Source: Oopsacas minuta (taxonomy: Eukaryota; Animalia; Porifera). From it: a stretch of 64,000 nt of DNA. Positions 50,374-62,787 of this stretch are shown piece after piece. The translations under genes were made by a program, and so were the position numbers. The notes below the pieces were generated by a model, which saw only the letters and a list, made by a program, of their open reading frames with translations, made no database searches and had not been told where the DNA came from. The first letter of the stretch is position 1; every line of letters begins with the position of its first letter. The stretch lies in contig JAKMXF010000329.1 in assembly GCA_024704765.1 (NCBI GenBank), positions 124,001 through 188,000 of the forward strand, written 5' to 3'.

Positions 50374-51110
50374 CAGGGTGTCAATTAAGTTCTGGTACAT
50401 AAAGTATATCACTGGTATAGCAACAGTTATTATCGAAGCATACTTAAACAATTCCAAAATGTTTGCGTAGGTTATGTTGTTGAAATATTCATTTATTATC
50501 CAAATTCTCATGCAAACATCAGAATCCCGGCCCATGACGGCAATTCGATCAAGAATTATTGAATTATTTATGGCTGATAAGTCTTAGAAAGAAATTTTAC
50601 GCGACCTGAAGGACGAATAAGTCAAGCGGCAACTGGTTTATCGTACCATCAAGCGATATAGGATACTGGTTCTGTGCTAGACCGCCCAAGAACTGGACGT
50701 CCGACATCAGATTCCACCCCGCAGCTCAAGAAAAAGATAGTGAGTCGGATTACTCCAAATTTGCGGCGATCTATCAGAAAAATGGCCCTGATTTTTCACT
50801 TAGTCACGAATCCGTTAGAAATGTGGTACGTAATGACCTAGGACTAAAGTCTTTGAAACGGCAATCAGTACACCATCTACTCCAGTTCTAAGGCAGAAAA
50901 TATTTCAAAGATCGAAAAACTTCTAGCCTGGCTCGCAGTGGGTGCTGAGAATAACATACGATTTTCAGACGAGAAAATTTTTACAGTTGAGGAGGCACAC
51001 AACTCTCAAAATGATCGTATCCTCGCTCCATCATCTAAAAGCATCAATGATGAAGAAAAGTTCGTTGATCGGGTGCAAAACCCCAAATATTTGATGGTAG
51101 TCATTATGGA
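50374..51110 (+). mobile_element. Tc1/mariner-superfamily fragment (maT/DD37D-like), 3'-truncated
   Basis: Left TIR TA-CAGGGTGTCAATTAAG; HTH VYRTIKRY..TGSVLDRPRTGRP; FSDEKIFTVEEAHNSQNDR. No right TIR was found. Confidence 0.8.
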
Positions 51111-51171
51111 AAATCTGTCTGCTGATTTATAACGTCATTTAGTAGCTCATTGGAAGTTCGACACTCTCAAG

Positions 51172-54100
51172 TAGGGTGACCAAATGATTTTCATCAAAAT
51201 CCTGTACATTTCAATTTTTTTCTTTAAAAATCCTGGACATTCCTGGACACTCTATAAATATCTGAAAATTACTAAAACACAATAATGAATGCATTATGTT
51301 TACTGAATACTGTGTAATCGTATCTAAACGAGCTTCTGCTGCATATATTTATTAACAACAGATGTAATAAAGACTGATAGAAAGTTAGATTAACTAACAA
51401 TTGATTATATTATAAATAGTGTACGTATGTTTACTTCACTACTAAGTAACAATTAGATTTCGAAAAACAGATTAAGAAGTGGGCTACTATAACAGCTAAT
51501 AATAAGTATTTTTGGCATATTTTTCAGAAAGTGTGACTTTCTTAAGAAGCTCTTTGTTCTGTAAAATATGTTTATAAAATTCCATACATGAGAAATCGAA
51601 ATTACATTTTATAAATAGCATTGACCTCAGGCAATCAATGCTGAGCCGCGCCTTATCGTCTGTCCAAATATTATTCATTAATGAGAATACTCTCTCTACA
51701 GCAGCTGATGTCCCTGGTAAGGACATAGAAAACTCAACAATTTTTTCGAGATATACAAACTCTAGTCCATTCATTCGTAAAAAAGTGAAATATTTCGACC
51801 CAACGAAGATCTGGCGTCAACTCAGAATTTTTCCAATTAATTAGTTTTTCTTGAGAAATATACTTCGAGAGAGTGTCAAATTCATCGAAAAGGGAATTAT
51901 CATCAATGGATATAATCTCACCACTTTCTTGAACAATAAATACTAGAGAAGATTGTACTTGAGACCATAAAGGCTTGGTTTTTAACGAAAGCCATTGTAA
52001 AACTTCAAATTGTTCAAATGTCTTAATCCATTTGTTCAGGTATTTCACGGCATTGTCATAAAATTTGAGGGTATATCCTCGAAATATTTACTAGAAATAC
52101 CTTCTTCAACATTGATTTTACTTAATAGTGATTGAACGATAATAAGGAGGAATTTATATTCATATCTATTCTGCATCTTGCCTTTAATATCTTTAAGTAT
52201 ATCGTATACCTCAAAAAGCAGGGATATTTTGATTTTCTGCGAGCAATACACCTGAATGAAAATTGATGCTAGATTATGGACAAATAAAAGCTAACATACT
52301 GAATGATGGTTTGAAAAGAATGAGTAGAACATGTTAGGACAATTGTCAAGAGATAGAAAATAACTCTTTAATGCAGGGTACAATCTTAAAACTCTTTCAA
52401 TTGCAGGTAGAAGAGATAGCCACCTTGTCTTACTGTATCCGAGGAGCTTTTTATACTCTATATCAGCTTCATCACAGAATTGTTTCAATGATTCTACTCG
52501 GATAGTGTAAATGTAGAGAAAGAATAGATTTTTTGTATAACAGCATCTATTTCAATAGGAAGAACATCAACTGCTGTTTGTATTGTGTTGTTAATTATGT
52601 GGGCAGAACAACCGATGCCTAAAATAGTTTGATTCAGCTGATCTCTCAATCTAAAGTGTAGATTATTTTCACCCTTTCTGTGAACCTCCAAAATTGGTAT
52701 TAGTATTGTCTGCACAGAGGGCTATGATTTTGGATTCGATACAATACCGTTTTATAGTACACAAAACCGTTTCGCTTAATACACCGGATGTTTCAGCAGG
52801 AATTGATTTGAAGTCAATAAGTTTTACACAAGTTCCATACCCTTTTAAAAATATCGTACCAGAATTGGCAAACACTTAATTTCATCATGATTCGATTTGT
52901 CTGTATATAAAGAAATATAATTAGCGACTTTTAAATCAGCTGAACAAAGGGAAATAGAATACGGTGCAAGAACATTGTTAACAATAGCGTCAACTTTAGT
53001 CCTAGCACAATTAAATTCCGATCCAAATAATTTACGAATTAACTGAGAAGTACAATCCATTGATCTAAAGGTTTGATTATGCTTTATTGTGTGAAAGCAC
53101 CATGTTGCTTCGTTAGCTGCCGATTTTAGATCCATAGTTACTGAGAATTTTGTTAAGGTCTGACTCTGAGCACTGGTATCAAGAGTAGCCATATGTTTTT
53201 TAGATTTCATATGCCTCCGTATTGCTTGGTTTCCTTCATATTGAACTGAAAAAATTCCAAAGCACTTCTTACACTTCAATTTACCATTACCAACGATGGC
53301 TAAAAAGGGATACTTAACCTGTAAACTTGTGTTAAATGTACAGTGTATCCTTTTAGCACCTAGATTTAATTGAACCATATCATATTTTTTCAAAGAAAAT
53401 TCCGTATAATCTTGTGATTGTTCGATAGGAAGTTCTGTATAATCTTGTGAATCGGGAAGCATAGTAAAAACAAGTGTCCGTGTCTTTAATTCACTGAGTA
53501 TTTGTCCTCTTAGAAATTCTGATGAATTCTCAATATCTAAATAATTACATTCTCGATGTAAGTTAGAAGAAAACTTTTGCTACCTGTAGGATCAAAACAC
53601 CACAATCATAGACGTTATTCTGTACCGGCATGTTCTCAAAACAAAGAGTAAAACCTGAAAAATAAAAGCTAAATACCTTTTCAACAAATCCCGTCAATAC
53701 AGTGTTGAACTTGTGAAAATTTGCGGATATACCAAGAGGACCATAAAAGAGGAAGATATTAAATTTGATCGAGAATAGAGCTATAGTCCAATGATTCTGA
53801 GAAAGGATTGGCAAAATAAGGTATGATAATCCAACAGACTTCAAACCATCTACCCAGCTATATGAAGTGACATGATCCAGGCCGCGAGTTGAAGAGAAGT
53901 AAAAAAAAGGTAGTGAAACATTTAATACTTTGCGGGTCAATTTCCTTCTACAAGATTCAAGTAAGAATTAATTATCTTATCATTTAATCGTTTACTAGTT
54001 CCCAAACATTGATAGTCTTGCTCATCCAAAGCCATAAAAAAGCATAAATAGCTGAAATAGTTGGAAGAAAACATAAAAAAATAATTCAAAATAGATACAT

Positions 54101-54373
54101 AATGGTTTAATACAACTAGGGTAAGAAAAGCCTAAAAAGATTATTCAAAATGGATAAATAATACCTAGGTTAATACTACTCGGGCGACCCCCTCCGCAAC
54201 AGATTTCCTAGGTACCATGAGTATAATATTGACATATTTCTAGGAAATTTCTTCAATATTTCCCAAAATATTAATCCTGGACAAATCCTGTACAAATCAA
54301 AATCCTGGACATCTTAGAAAAAATCTCAAAACCCTGTACAGTCCAGGATAAATCCTGTACAATGGTCACCTTA
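51172..54373 (-). mobile_element. hAT element, 3202 bp, carrying a Ulp1 domain
   Basis: TIRs TAGGGTGACCA / TAAGGTGACCA, perfect 8-bp TSD CTCTCAAG (51164-51171 and 54374-54381), and subterminal ATCCTG[G/T]ACA repeats at both ends. Confidence 0.93.
51496..54035 (-). pseudogene. Ulp1/SENP-like protease fused to a hAT transposase (frameshifted)
   Basis: Ulp1 part: RLNDKIINSYL, LPILSQNHWTIAL and PVQNNVYDCGVLIL. hAT part: CKKC...HMKSKKH, KTRWLSLLPAIERVL and PGTSAAVERVFSLMNNIWTD. Confidence 0.85.
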
Positions 54374-55029
54374 CTCTCAAGGGCTGTAACTCCCAAAATA
54401 TGTGTCTAAATCAAAATTTCCTTTTAACAACATACATAGGGTATAAGAGAATGTAGCATACAACATTTTCCTCGACTGGAGCCTTATACCACTTCCAAAA
54501 GAATATTTCAGAAACAACAGTCGGATACGAATTATTTAAAATGCAAAAATGTAGCCCAGAATGGTATTCTTTCCAAATACAAATCTTTCATGACGCTAGG
54601 TCATAATGCTCATTCGTTGTGTGGGGTCTTAATCCATTTAGTCTTTGCACAAAGTGCCTCTAATTTCGAGCATACCCTAAACAAATTTATATAATAGACT
54701 ACGCTTTTGACACATATTGTAATTTTAGATTTATTTCCGTTGCCTTATATGCATGCCAGATGATCTTACTTTTGTTAATGATGAGTTACTCAGAAATTAA
54801 GTTGTGAAAAAATTGGATTCTAGAATTCTTCTGATTTTATTTTAGAAATCCTCGTAAAAATCGGTACTTTGGACAATTTAATTTACCATTAGCGCATCGT
54901 TTGGCCAGCATGGCTCTTGACTGTGATCCGATAGGATTTCTATAATTATATATGTTTTATAACCCAAGATTCTATCTCAATTACCTGTTTAAATCTCTGC
55001 ATAGTTGTTATTCTTTTGAAGTTTCTTTG

Positions 55030-55538
55030 ATGGATATCCAAAGTGGTGGAGGACAGGATGTTTTTCAAGTTGACAGGAATACTCCATCCTCCTCCGAAAG
55101 TGATGACGAATATTCTGATAGAAATGTTGAAGACCTTATTAATGATGACCCCGAATCCTCTGCTTCCCAAAATGAATCAGAATATGTTATTGGTGTTAAA
55201 AATAAAAGCAAAAAGAGAAGAGGTATTGATAAACGAAAAACCACTGAAAAGAGGAAAGACTATGTAAATTTAGATGACGATGATTATGATCTATTAGGAG
55301 AAAATTTGGGGCTTCCAGTTTGGCATAGACGTAAATACCGCAGGGTTAGAGTTGGGAGTAGCGGTGATGAGGCTGAAAATGATATTGAGAAGCAATTGTT
55401 TCCCGATGAAGATCATCCAACTGCTCAAACTAATGATGCTGCTCTCGAAATGGATTTAGAAATTCACTCTAGTTCCGAAGCAGAAGATGTTGATGATTTT
55501 ATTGTGGATGACGAAGGACAACCTATCAGTAAACACAG
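55030..55538 (+). CDS. SUPT6H: Transcription elongation factor SPT6, N-terminal acidic-region exon
   Basis: LDDDDYDLLGENLG...KYRRV and DVDDFIVDDEGQP match the SPT6 acidic N-terminus. A GT donor follows at 55539 (CACAG/GTATGA). Downstream exons were not identified. Confidence 0.8.
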
Positions 55539-56657
55539 GTATGAATGAAATCAATTACAGCGACCTCTCTAAGTCTATAAATGGGAAACCTCTATAAGCG
55601 GGGAGTGGGCATATTTTAGAGATAATTCTGCCTCAAACCATAACATTTACCTATAAGTGGTGAATTCTACTACACTCCTTGGCCAAAAGTAGTGGAACAT
55701 CATACCACTAATGACACATGTGGCATATGGCACATTGCGAAGATCTACGCATTGAATATTCTGTGGGTATATCAGAAAAGGTGATTGTAATGATCAAATT
55801 CATGATAGTATTGGTTCACTAATGTTTGAAATTATCTTCATGCTATGCAACTAAAGTATATGCATATTTGTGCCATGTCCAATTGTGGCTGAGTGTTCCA
55901 ATTCTTTGGCTATAGAGTGTAAATATTTTCAAAAATAATTTTTTTTGATATTTTTTGACAAAAAAATTTATTTATCGCTATTACGAATTGAAATCTTTGG
56001 GTTTTTAATTTCTTGTGAAAACCTATTTATCGCTAATACTAATTTTTATATTTACCAGGACATATTACATTAACAAGTAAGCTTCGCTTTCTGCGCTCCG
56101 CGACCTAACGTTTGAACAACCCTATTATACATAGTATAGATATCGAGTATATTCACTACATATAAACCTTAAAAACGACTTAATGTTTTATAGACCACAT
56201 TAATCAATCATTCTACTTTATAATCTTAAGTAGCCTTTTGTGAAAGTTGTCTATATTTACCTGTTTGTCACCGTTGCCATTGGCTATTTTTCGGTATTTT
56301 GAACGCATTACTCGTTTAAATATATTTTCATGCTTACATTTGTGTTCCATTAACATTTTATTTAATCTCCGCTAAATAATTAAGGGGTATGCATACTCTA
56401 TTTTTTTGAAAATTATCGAAAGTTTTACAAATTTTGGTTTTATTGTATTAAGGCACATTTTCCATTTCTCTTTCAAATTTCAAACAGCCTTCTGATATAA
56501 TTATTGAATTATTTCGTTTCTATATAACTCATTTTCTCAATTTCGATGTAAATTTCATCATAATATTGTTTCGTTTTTTGCAGAATTCCTGGATTATGAC
56601 TGTGATAACATTTGATAAATATATTTGTTTGTGATAGTATTGTTTTTAATTTTGTTA

Positions 56658-56730
56658 TGGCCCAGTGGTTGTGCTAGCGACCTTACCACTATCATATAGT
56701 AAGGGTACCGGTTTCAAACTCCTGGACTGG
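56658..56730 (+). repeat. tRNA-like head with Pol III A/B boxes (degenerate SINE or tRNA pseudogene)
   Basis: A-box-like TGGCCCAGTGGTT and B-box-like GGTTTCAAACTCC at tRNA-like spacing. No complete cloverleaf. Confidence 0.4.
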
Positions 56731-59273
56731 AAGCCAATCAGAATAATCAACTAACCCAGACTGCAACACTGTGGCAATCTTATTGATACTTGCTTCAATT
56801 CACATTACCCTCACTAGAATCTAATAGTAACGCATTTTCCAAGAATATCTGTTATATTTAAATTTCTTATTTATGTTATAAATGTACTCTTCCATCTTGA
56901 AAATTTGATGCGATTTTGTGTTGTATCTATCTTAAGTTTTGCTATTCCATTATTTGATAGTTCTCTATCGTATGAATTTGTGGTACAAATTTTAGAGTTC
57001 TATTATCAATAATTCTGAAATATTCTGGATTTTGTCCGATAAAACCTCACAATGGGTTGAAACTATCTGATTGTATGGGTATATACCACCACCTAAACTT
57101 TGAATAGTATTGTGTCAAGATGTTGTGAAACTTTCAGAATGAGAGAGACATTTGTTACGTAGATGATGTGAGTTCTTCTTTATCTCGATTTTCTAAGAAT
57201 ATCTTTGGCTATATTTTTTGTATGTAGCATTTCCTATATACAAGGTTAATTCAGTAACTCAACGGTTTGGATACATCTAAGGGCTTACTGCCTAATAGCC
57301 GAGCTCGTTTTTCAACTATAACTATGAAAAATTTTATATTTCAAAGTTATATCCTTCGATGTCGTAACGACATCACAACCAACATTGACCACAATATTGT
57401 TCCATGCTCTATAATGAAATTCCAGCTTGAACACTAGTTTTTTCAATGGATTAGGAACAAATCAGACTCACATTCTTTAAAAACCTGTCTTAATTAACTG
57501 AGAGTTTGGTACTCGTTGTCATAGTCTATGTCGTATGTATCGTGCATAGCTCGGATATTATTGGTGTTGAATATGCGTTGAATTCTATAGTTTGGAAACC
57601 TCTATCGTAATATACATCTGTAGCAAATTCAATTACCGTATTAGATAGATAACGGATGTTTGTTTTTCAATATTCATTTGAATACAATTATAGTATGAAC
57701 TTAATTTAATTAATTAATTAACCCTTATATAGGAGTTGGTTAGGAATATGAAATTGAAACAATTTATTGTATGCCAATTAGTCTGCTGAATAATTGATAT
57801 ATCAACAATATACACAAGAATGTAAGATATTGTATGGTATACACAAGAATATAAAGATTTAAGATATTGTGTGGACTGTTAGGTATTAATGCATCGTGTT
57901 TAAATCCAAGTAATTTGTTGAAAACTTCAATTGTTCTAACTATTGTGGCAGATAGAGCAGAATGCTTAAATTCTCGGTAATTCTTTATTAGAAAAAGACA
58001 ATGTTTCGTCCAGACCTTGGTAAGGAGGTGCAAATGCACTCAAAAATACAGTCAGAATCATTATTATCGTTTTATTGGCTTCGTTAATAATATATGATTT
58101 ACATTCGTTCTTTCATAGAGCTATTTTGAACTTCTTTTCTATTTTGATCAGAAAAATTCTGAACAAAATAATGCACTGCAATACTAAATACAAATGATGA
58201 TAATCTATACAATTACACGCAATAGATAGTTCTGCCATTCTTGTGGGAGGGTCTCCGTTCCCAGTCAGTAACAGCAAGAGCCAATAAATATTGTCTTAAA
58301 AGTGCTTTGAAACATTTTGTCATGCCCACTATAGTATAGTATAGTGGGCCAGCAATGAAATCACTATTTGTGTTATTTGTGTGCAGCTCTTATTTGGAGG
58401 TCCCCTAATGGCATGAACAATATACAACTTCCGTCCGCGCGTTCATGCGAAATTTAGCTTTCCGATTAACATGAAAATCGGTACACATACAGTGGAGTCT
58501 CTCAAAGCAGACACTCCCCAAAGCGGACAATACCTCTACAACGGAAAAGCTCGTGGAACGAAATATGTTGATATTACATGTAATTAATTCTTATTAACAA
58601 ACATAGGGTCAAATACATATGTATGTGTATTTTAAGTATTGAAATACTTTTTTTCAAGTATTTGTATCTTAACTTTCTCTAAATGAGAGTATTTGTATTT
58701 GTATTTAAATACTTTCAAAAAGTATTTAAATTATTTAAATACTTTACAAAATACGATCAAATATTTATTATACTCCCATAATAAATTCCAGTTATTCTTT
58801 TATAGGTAGGTGAAAATTAGGCAATAATATACACAGTAGAATATTATCCAGCTACATGGTATTCATTAGGTGATAGTATAGTATTGGGTTTTTTCATAGT
58901 TGGATTTTATAATATAAATGTGAATTGTATATTCATCATCATTGGTTCATTAATTAGAGACGAGTACGGGGGGATGAGAATTTTGCTAATATGATAATCA
59001 TGGTCTGGGCAGAACATATTATAATTTGCATCGGTTTTGGCTAATTGTATTTGTATTTGTAATAAATTACATTACAAAGTATTTGTATGTGTATTAATAA
59101 TATTGTCATTTAAGCGTATTTGTATTTGAGAGTTTCATAAGAATTTGTAGTTAAATTGTTTTCTATGTTTTTGTCCCGATGTTTGATGATTTATCATGTT
59201 TCGCACCTTTCGCAACTTTTTCTAAATCATGCTAGAGATTTCGTTCTAACTGCTAGTAAGGACTAATCCAGTA

Positions 59274-60584
59274 CTAGGCGTTCAATAAGTCTTGCGGGTG
59301 ATATCATAGAATATGACACAAATACTATAAATACTAATTCACTGTATTATCTATTCAAAGTAATCCCCTCCTGCAGATACACAAAGTTTTAACCTTTCCA
59401 CCCACTTGTAAACACATTTCTGTACTCTTCTTCGGGGATGGATTTGAAGTACTGGTACAGACCCGTTCCGTGTGCTTGCAATGTGTTAAAATCTTTGCCT
59501 TGAAGGTAGATTTTAAGCTTGGGGAATAGCCAAAAATCACACGGAGCTAGGTTTGGTGAGTATGGTAGATGGGGAAGTACTTCTAACCCTTCTACATCCA
59601 AGAAATTTTTGGTAAGCTTAGCTGTATGGGACTTGTGTTATCAATTAGAATCTTCATTCCTAGAGTTCCGGATTTCGGCCGGTACTTTTCTATATTTTTT
59701 ATCAAATTTGGAAGCACTTGCTCTGTTTAGAAAGTAGCAATAACAGTCTTGCCACTCTCAGAAGGTAATTGCAAGACAATTCCATGACTGCTGAAGAAGA
59801 TGGTATACATAATCTCGGGTTTTCGTAAGTCGGGCCTAGGAATTTTCACCGGTTGTTCGTCGCCCCTCACCCATGATATATGGTGTTGAATAGTATACCC
59901 ACGTCTCGTCATCAGTAACAATCTCTGTTAGGCGTCTAGAATCGCAGTTCTCATGAGTTTCCGAGAGTTTCTTGGCAATATTCAGTCGTGCCAACCTTTG
60001 ATTCTCACTGAGCTTATGCGGGACCCATTTCCCACAAATCGATCGGTAGCCAAGCTCAGTCGTCAGAATTGTATGAATAGCTCCCGATGAAATCTCCATA
60101 TTTTATTCTAACTGATTGACAGTAAGCACTTGTCTTCCATGACCATACTTTCAATGAGTGCGATATTCTCTGAAGTGGTGGCGGATACGGTCTTCCAGAT
60201 CGAGCCAAATCTGTGACATCAGCATCATCAGATCTAAAACGGGCAGCCCATCGCTCAACAGTAGATCTGGAAGGGCAATCCACGCACAATATCTCCTGTA
60301 ACTCGCTGAAGATCTGTACGGGCTAGATCTTGAGTATTGTGCGAAACTCTATGTAAGCTCGCCATTTGAGGTTGAAATTATCATCCTTTGAAGCTATAAA
60401 TTCAACAGTGGATATAAATTGACTACACGTAACTATCTCAAAAATTCATAATTTGTATTGAATAAGCTTGAAACATTCAGTATTGGTGTTTAACTATATG
60501 GGCTTATAATATATGACTGTTAGATATATTACTTGACTAATTCGTAAGATATATCATGACCCGCAAGACTTAGTGAACGCCTGA
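59274..60584 (-). mobile_element. Full-length mariner (DD34D-type) element with a degraded transposase
   Basis: TIRs AGGCGTTCA[A/C]TAAGTCTTGCGGGT, TA flanks, length 1311 bp. Motifs include TVERWAARF, WVPHKL, TDDETW and YSPNLAPCDFWLF. Confidence 0.92.
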
Positions 60585-61479
60585 TATGTGGATATCAATT
60601 CTAAAATTTTTAAATCCTTTAATCAGTGAATAACCATGTGATTAGTCCTATTCTCACAACTTTTAACACCTATTTTGAATTATTGGCAAATATGTTGTTT
60701 CAAAGTATAATGGGTAATTGTATGATGATAATTTTGAATTTTAGCAATAGGATTTGTGGATCAAACAGGAAGTTAAGTAGGGGACTAGTAATTTTTAATA
60801 CCCGAAAATGTTTCTCTGATCCAAGATCCCAAAATCTGTCGGGTCTCTTGCGTTGCGGCACTATACGGTGAGGTCAGGGGGGCGTGCTCCTCCTGAAAAT
60901 AGCGAAACACAGCCCTAAGATGACCTACCAGTATGTCTGCTGGACATTTATTCTTATTTCTTTATCCTTTCTCCGTTACCCAACCAAAACCTTTTTTTCC
61001 GAATTGTATTTGGTTTTTCGTAAATTTTATACTGGGAGCAAAATCGTAGTAAGTGGTTACATACAGTATACGTAGGTATTAATAAACCTCAACAAACTAG
61101 TGCACATTCACTATACTATGAAAAATTTCGATATCCTGGATAATTTGATGAAATTTGAAACGGGAATAACTCGATAAGTAAACTGCTAGATAATACTTAC
61201 ACTTGATGAAGTCTAGTTGATGCCAGGACTGACACATTGTAAAGTAGTTGCATGATAAATCTTAGGTAAATTTCAACACAGAACTTATTCTCAAGGGTTT
61301 TGATACAATAAAATTCCCAATTCTTGGCGAGTTTTCTAGCTTCCTGCAAGTATTCAGACACCTACGTTTTATACCTTCCCGTTGACAGCCTACACATCTA
61401 TGTTATTACATTTGCATTTGCTCTCTCTGTCTATTTGTTCATTTTCTACGAAAGGATTTACGATATGCAATTTTGAATT

Positions 61480-62135
61480 TGAATTTCACAATTCCTATCA
61501 GCGCATAACTATGTACCCCATTAATATATTGGAACTATCCTGAATCCGATTTTCAGTACTTGAAGTGATCAATCTCCTCATTTGGCGGAATTTGTACACG
61601 GCAAGGAATACTTGATACCCCCTTAACTATAAATATATTTCCTATGTTCTTCTAAATCATTTGTTTAGGAGAAACTTCTCCATCGACCTTATCATATATA
61701 AGCACACTGCAAAATCCATCGTTAAATGCAACATATACTCGCAAATGCAAATCTTGCAATAGTGCTAGAGGCCCTTGACACTGGAGATGTAATATGGCTT
61801 TTGATTAGTAATCTCCGCACTTCGCTACTCGTGTATTAAGAAATTCTGAAATTTTCGATATTTTGTACAGTCATGGCGACATCATAATCACATGATGAGT
61901 TAGCTTTTGGTCAAACTCATGATCTCATGACATTTGTCACGTTGTGAGGTTCCTGTGATACAAATTTCAATCTTCTATCACTTGTATTGGTTGAACAGTG
62001 GTTGATAATGTGATTTCTCGAAAATCCGAAAAGATAACAATTACTCTATCATTTCATCATAGGTGTGTCCAAGACTCGGACTTATCTGAGCCATGCCCAA
62101 AATACCCCTGTATACCAAAAATCAGCCCAGGGTGT
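61480..62135 (+). repeat. Dispersed repeat (see 10850-11642)
   Basis: Colinear similarity to 10740-11160, e.g. GCACTTC...GTATTAAGAAATT.TGAAATTTT and GTTAGCTTTTGGTCA. Confidence 0.65.
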
Positions 62136-62208
62136 TCCGGTTTCTTCAATCAATTCTGGACATATATATATATATATATATACACATATAGATTAATTGC
62201 ATTTAATA

Positions 62209-62787
62209 GGGGCACATGCATTAGGTCGAATTCAGTGTGTTGGCATTAGATAGAATTTTGATGGTGTCGATAGATCAAATTCTATTTTAGCTATGTTGAC
62301 GATAGATCGAGTAAATTTAGCTTTAAATATCACTTTTGGAAGGCCATTTCCTATTTGGATGAACAGTGGATGCTTCCCTAAATTCTAGAATAAGCTAAAC
62401 TAACGTTATAAAACCAGAAACTACAGCGATCCGACATTTTGGAAAGTTTTCTAATAATTAATCCAACAAAAGTCCATCCACATACAAGTTAGCATGGAGT
62501 CCACATCTCGCCTCTGGGTAGTTAATAACGACTACAAATGAAAACTCCCGGGCCCATAAGGTAGTGAACTAAATTTTAATCCCATCCCAATGGTACGGGT
62601 TTAGAATTAATACAATCAAAAGTCCTATCACGTCCTGTTTCGATAAATTCATTTTCTATATCAATCTATCTATCAAAAGTATAGCTAAATAAATTCGATC
62701 TATCAACAACATCAAATTCGACCTAATGCATACATATTAAATTCGAACTAATGCCAACACACGGAATTCGGCCTAATGCAGCGCCCC
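62209..62787. mobile_element. MULE-type MITE with long TIRs
   Basis: GGGGC...TGCATTAGG[T/C]CGAATTC.GTGTGTTGGCATTAG inverted at both ends, with 9-bp flanks CATTTAATA/TATTTAATA (8/9 match). Confidence 0.75.

Noticed and set aside
56658-56730. Functional tRNA gene (and a tRNA-like fragment near 15200)
   Set aside because: The acceptor and anticodon stems cannot be paired convincingly.
56768-56774. Further CACTGTG heptamers (also about 62830)
   Set aside because: No inner motif, partner end or 5-bp TSD. The second is part of a TG-rich tract.
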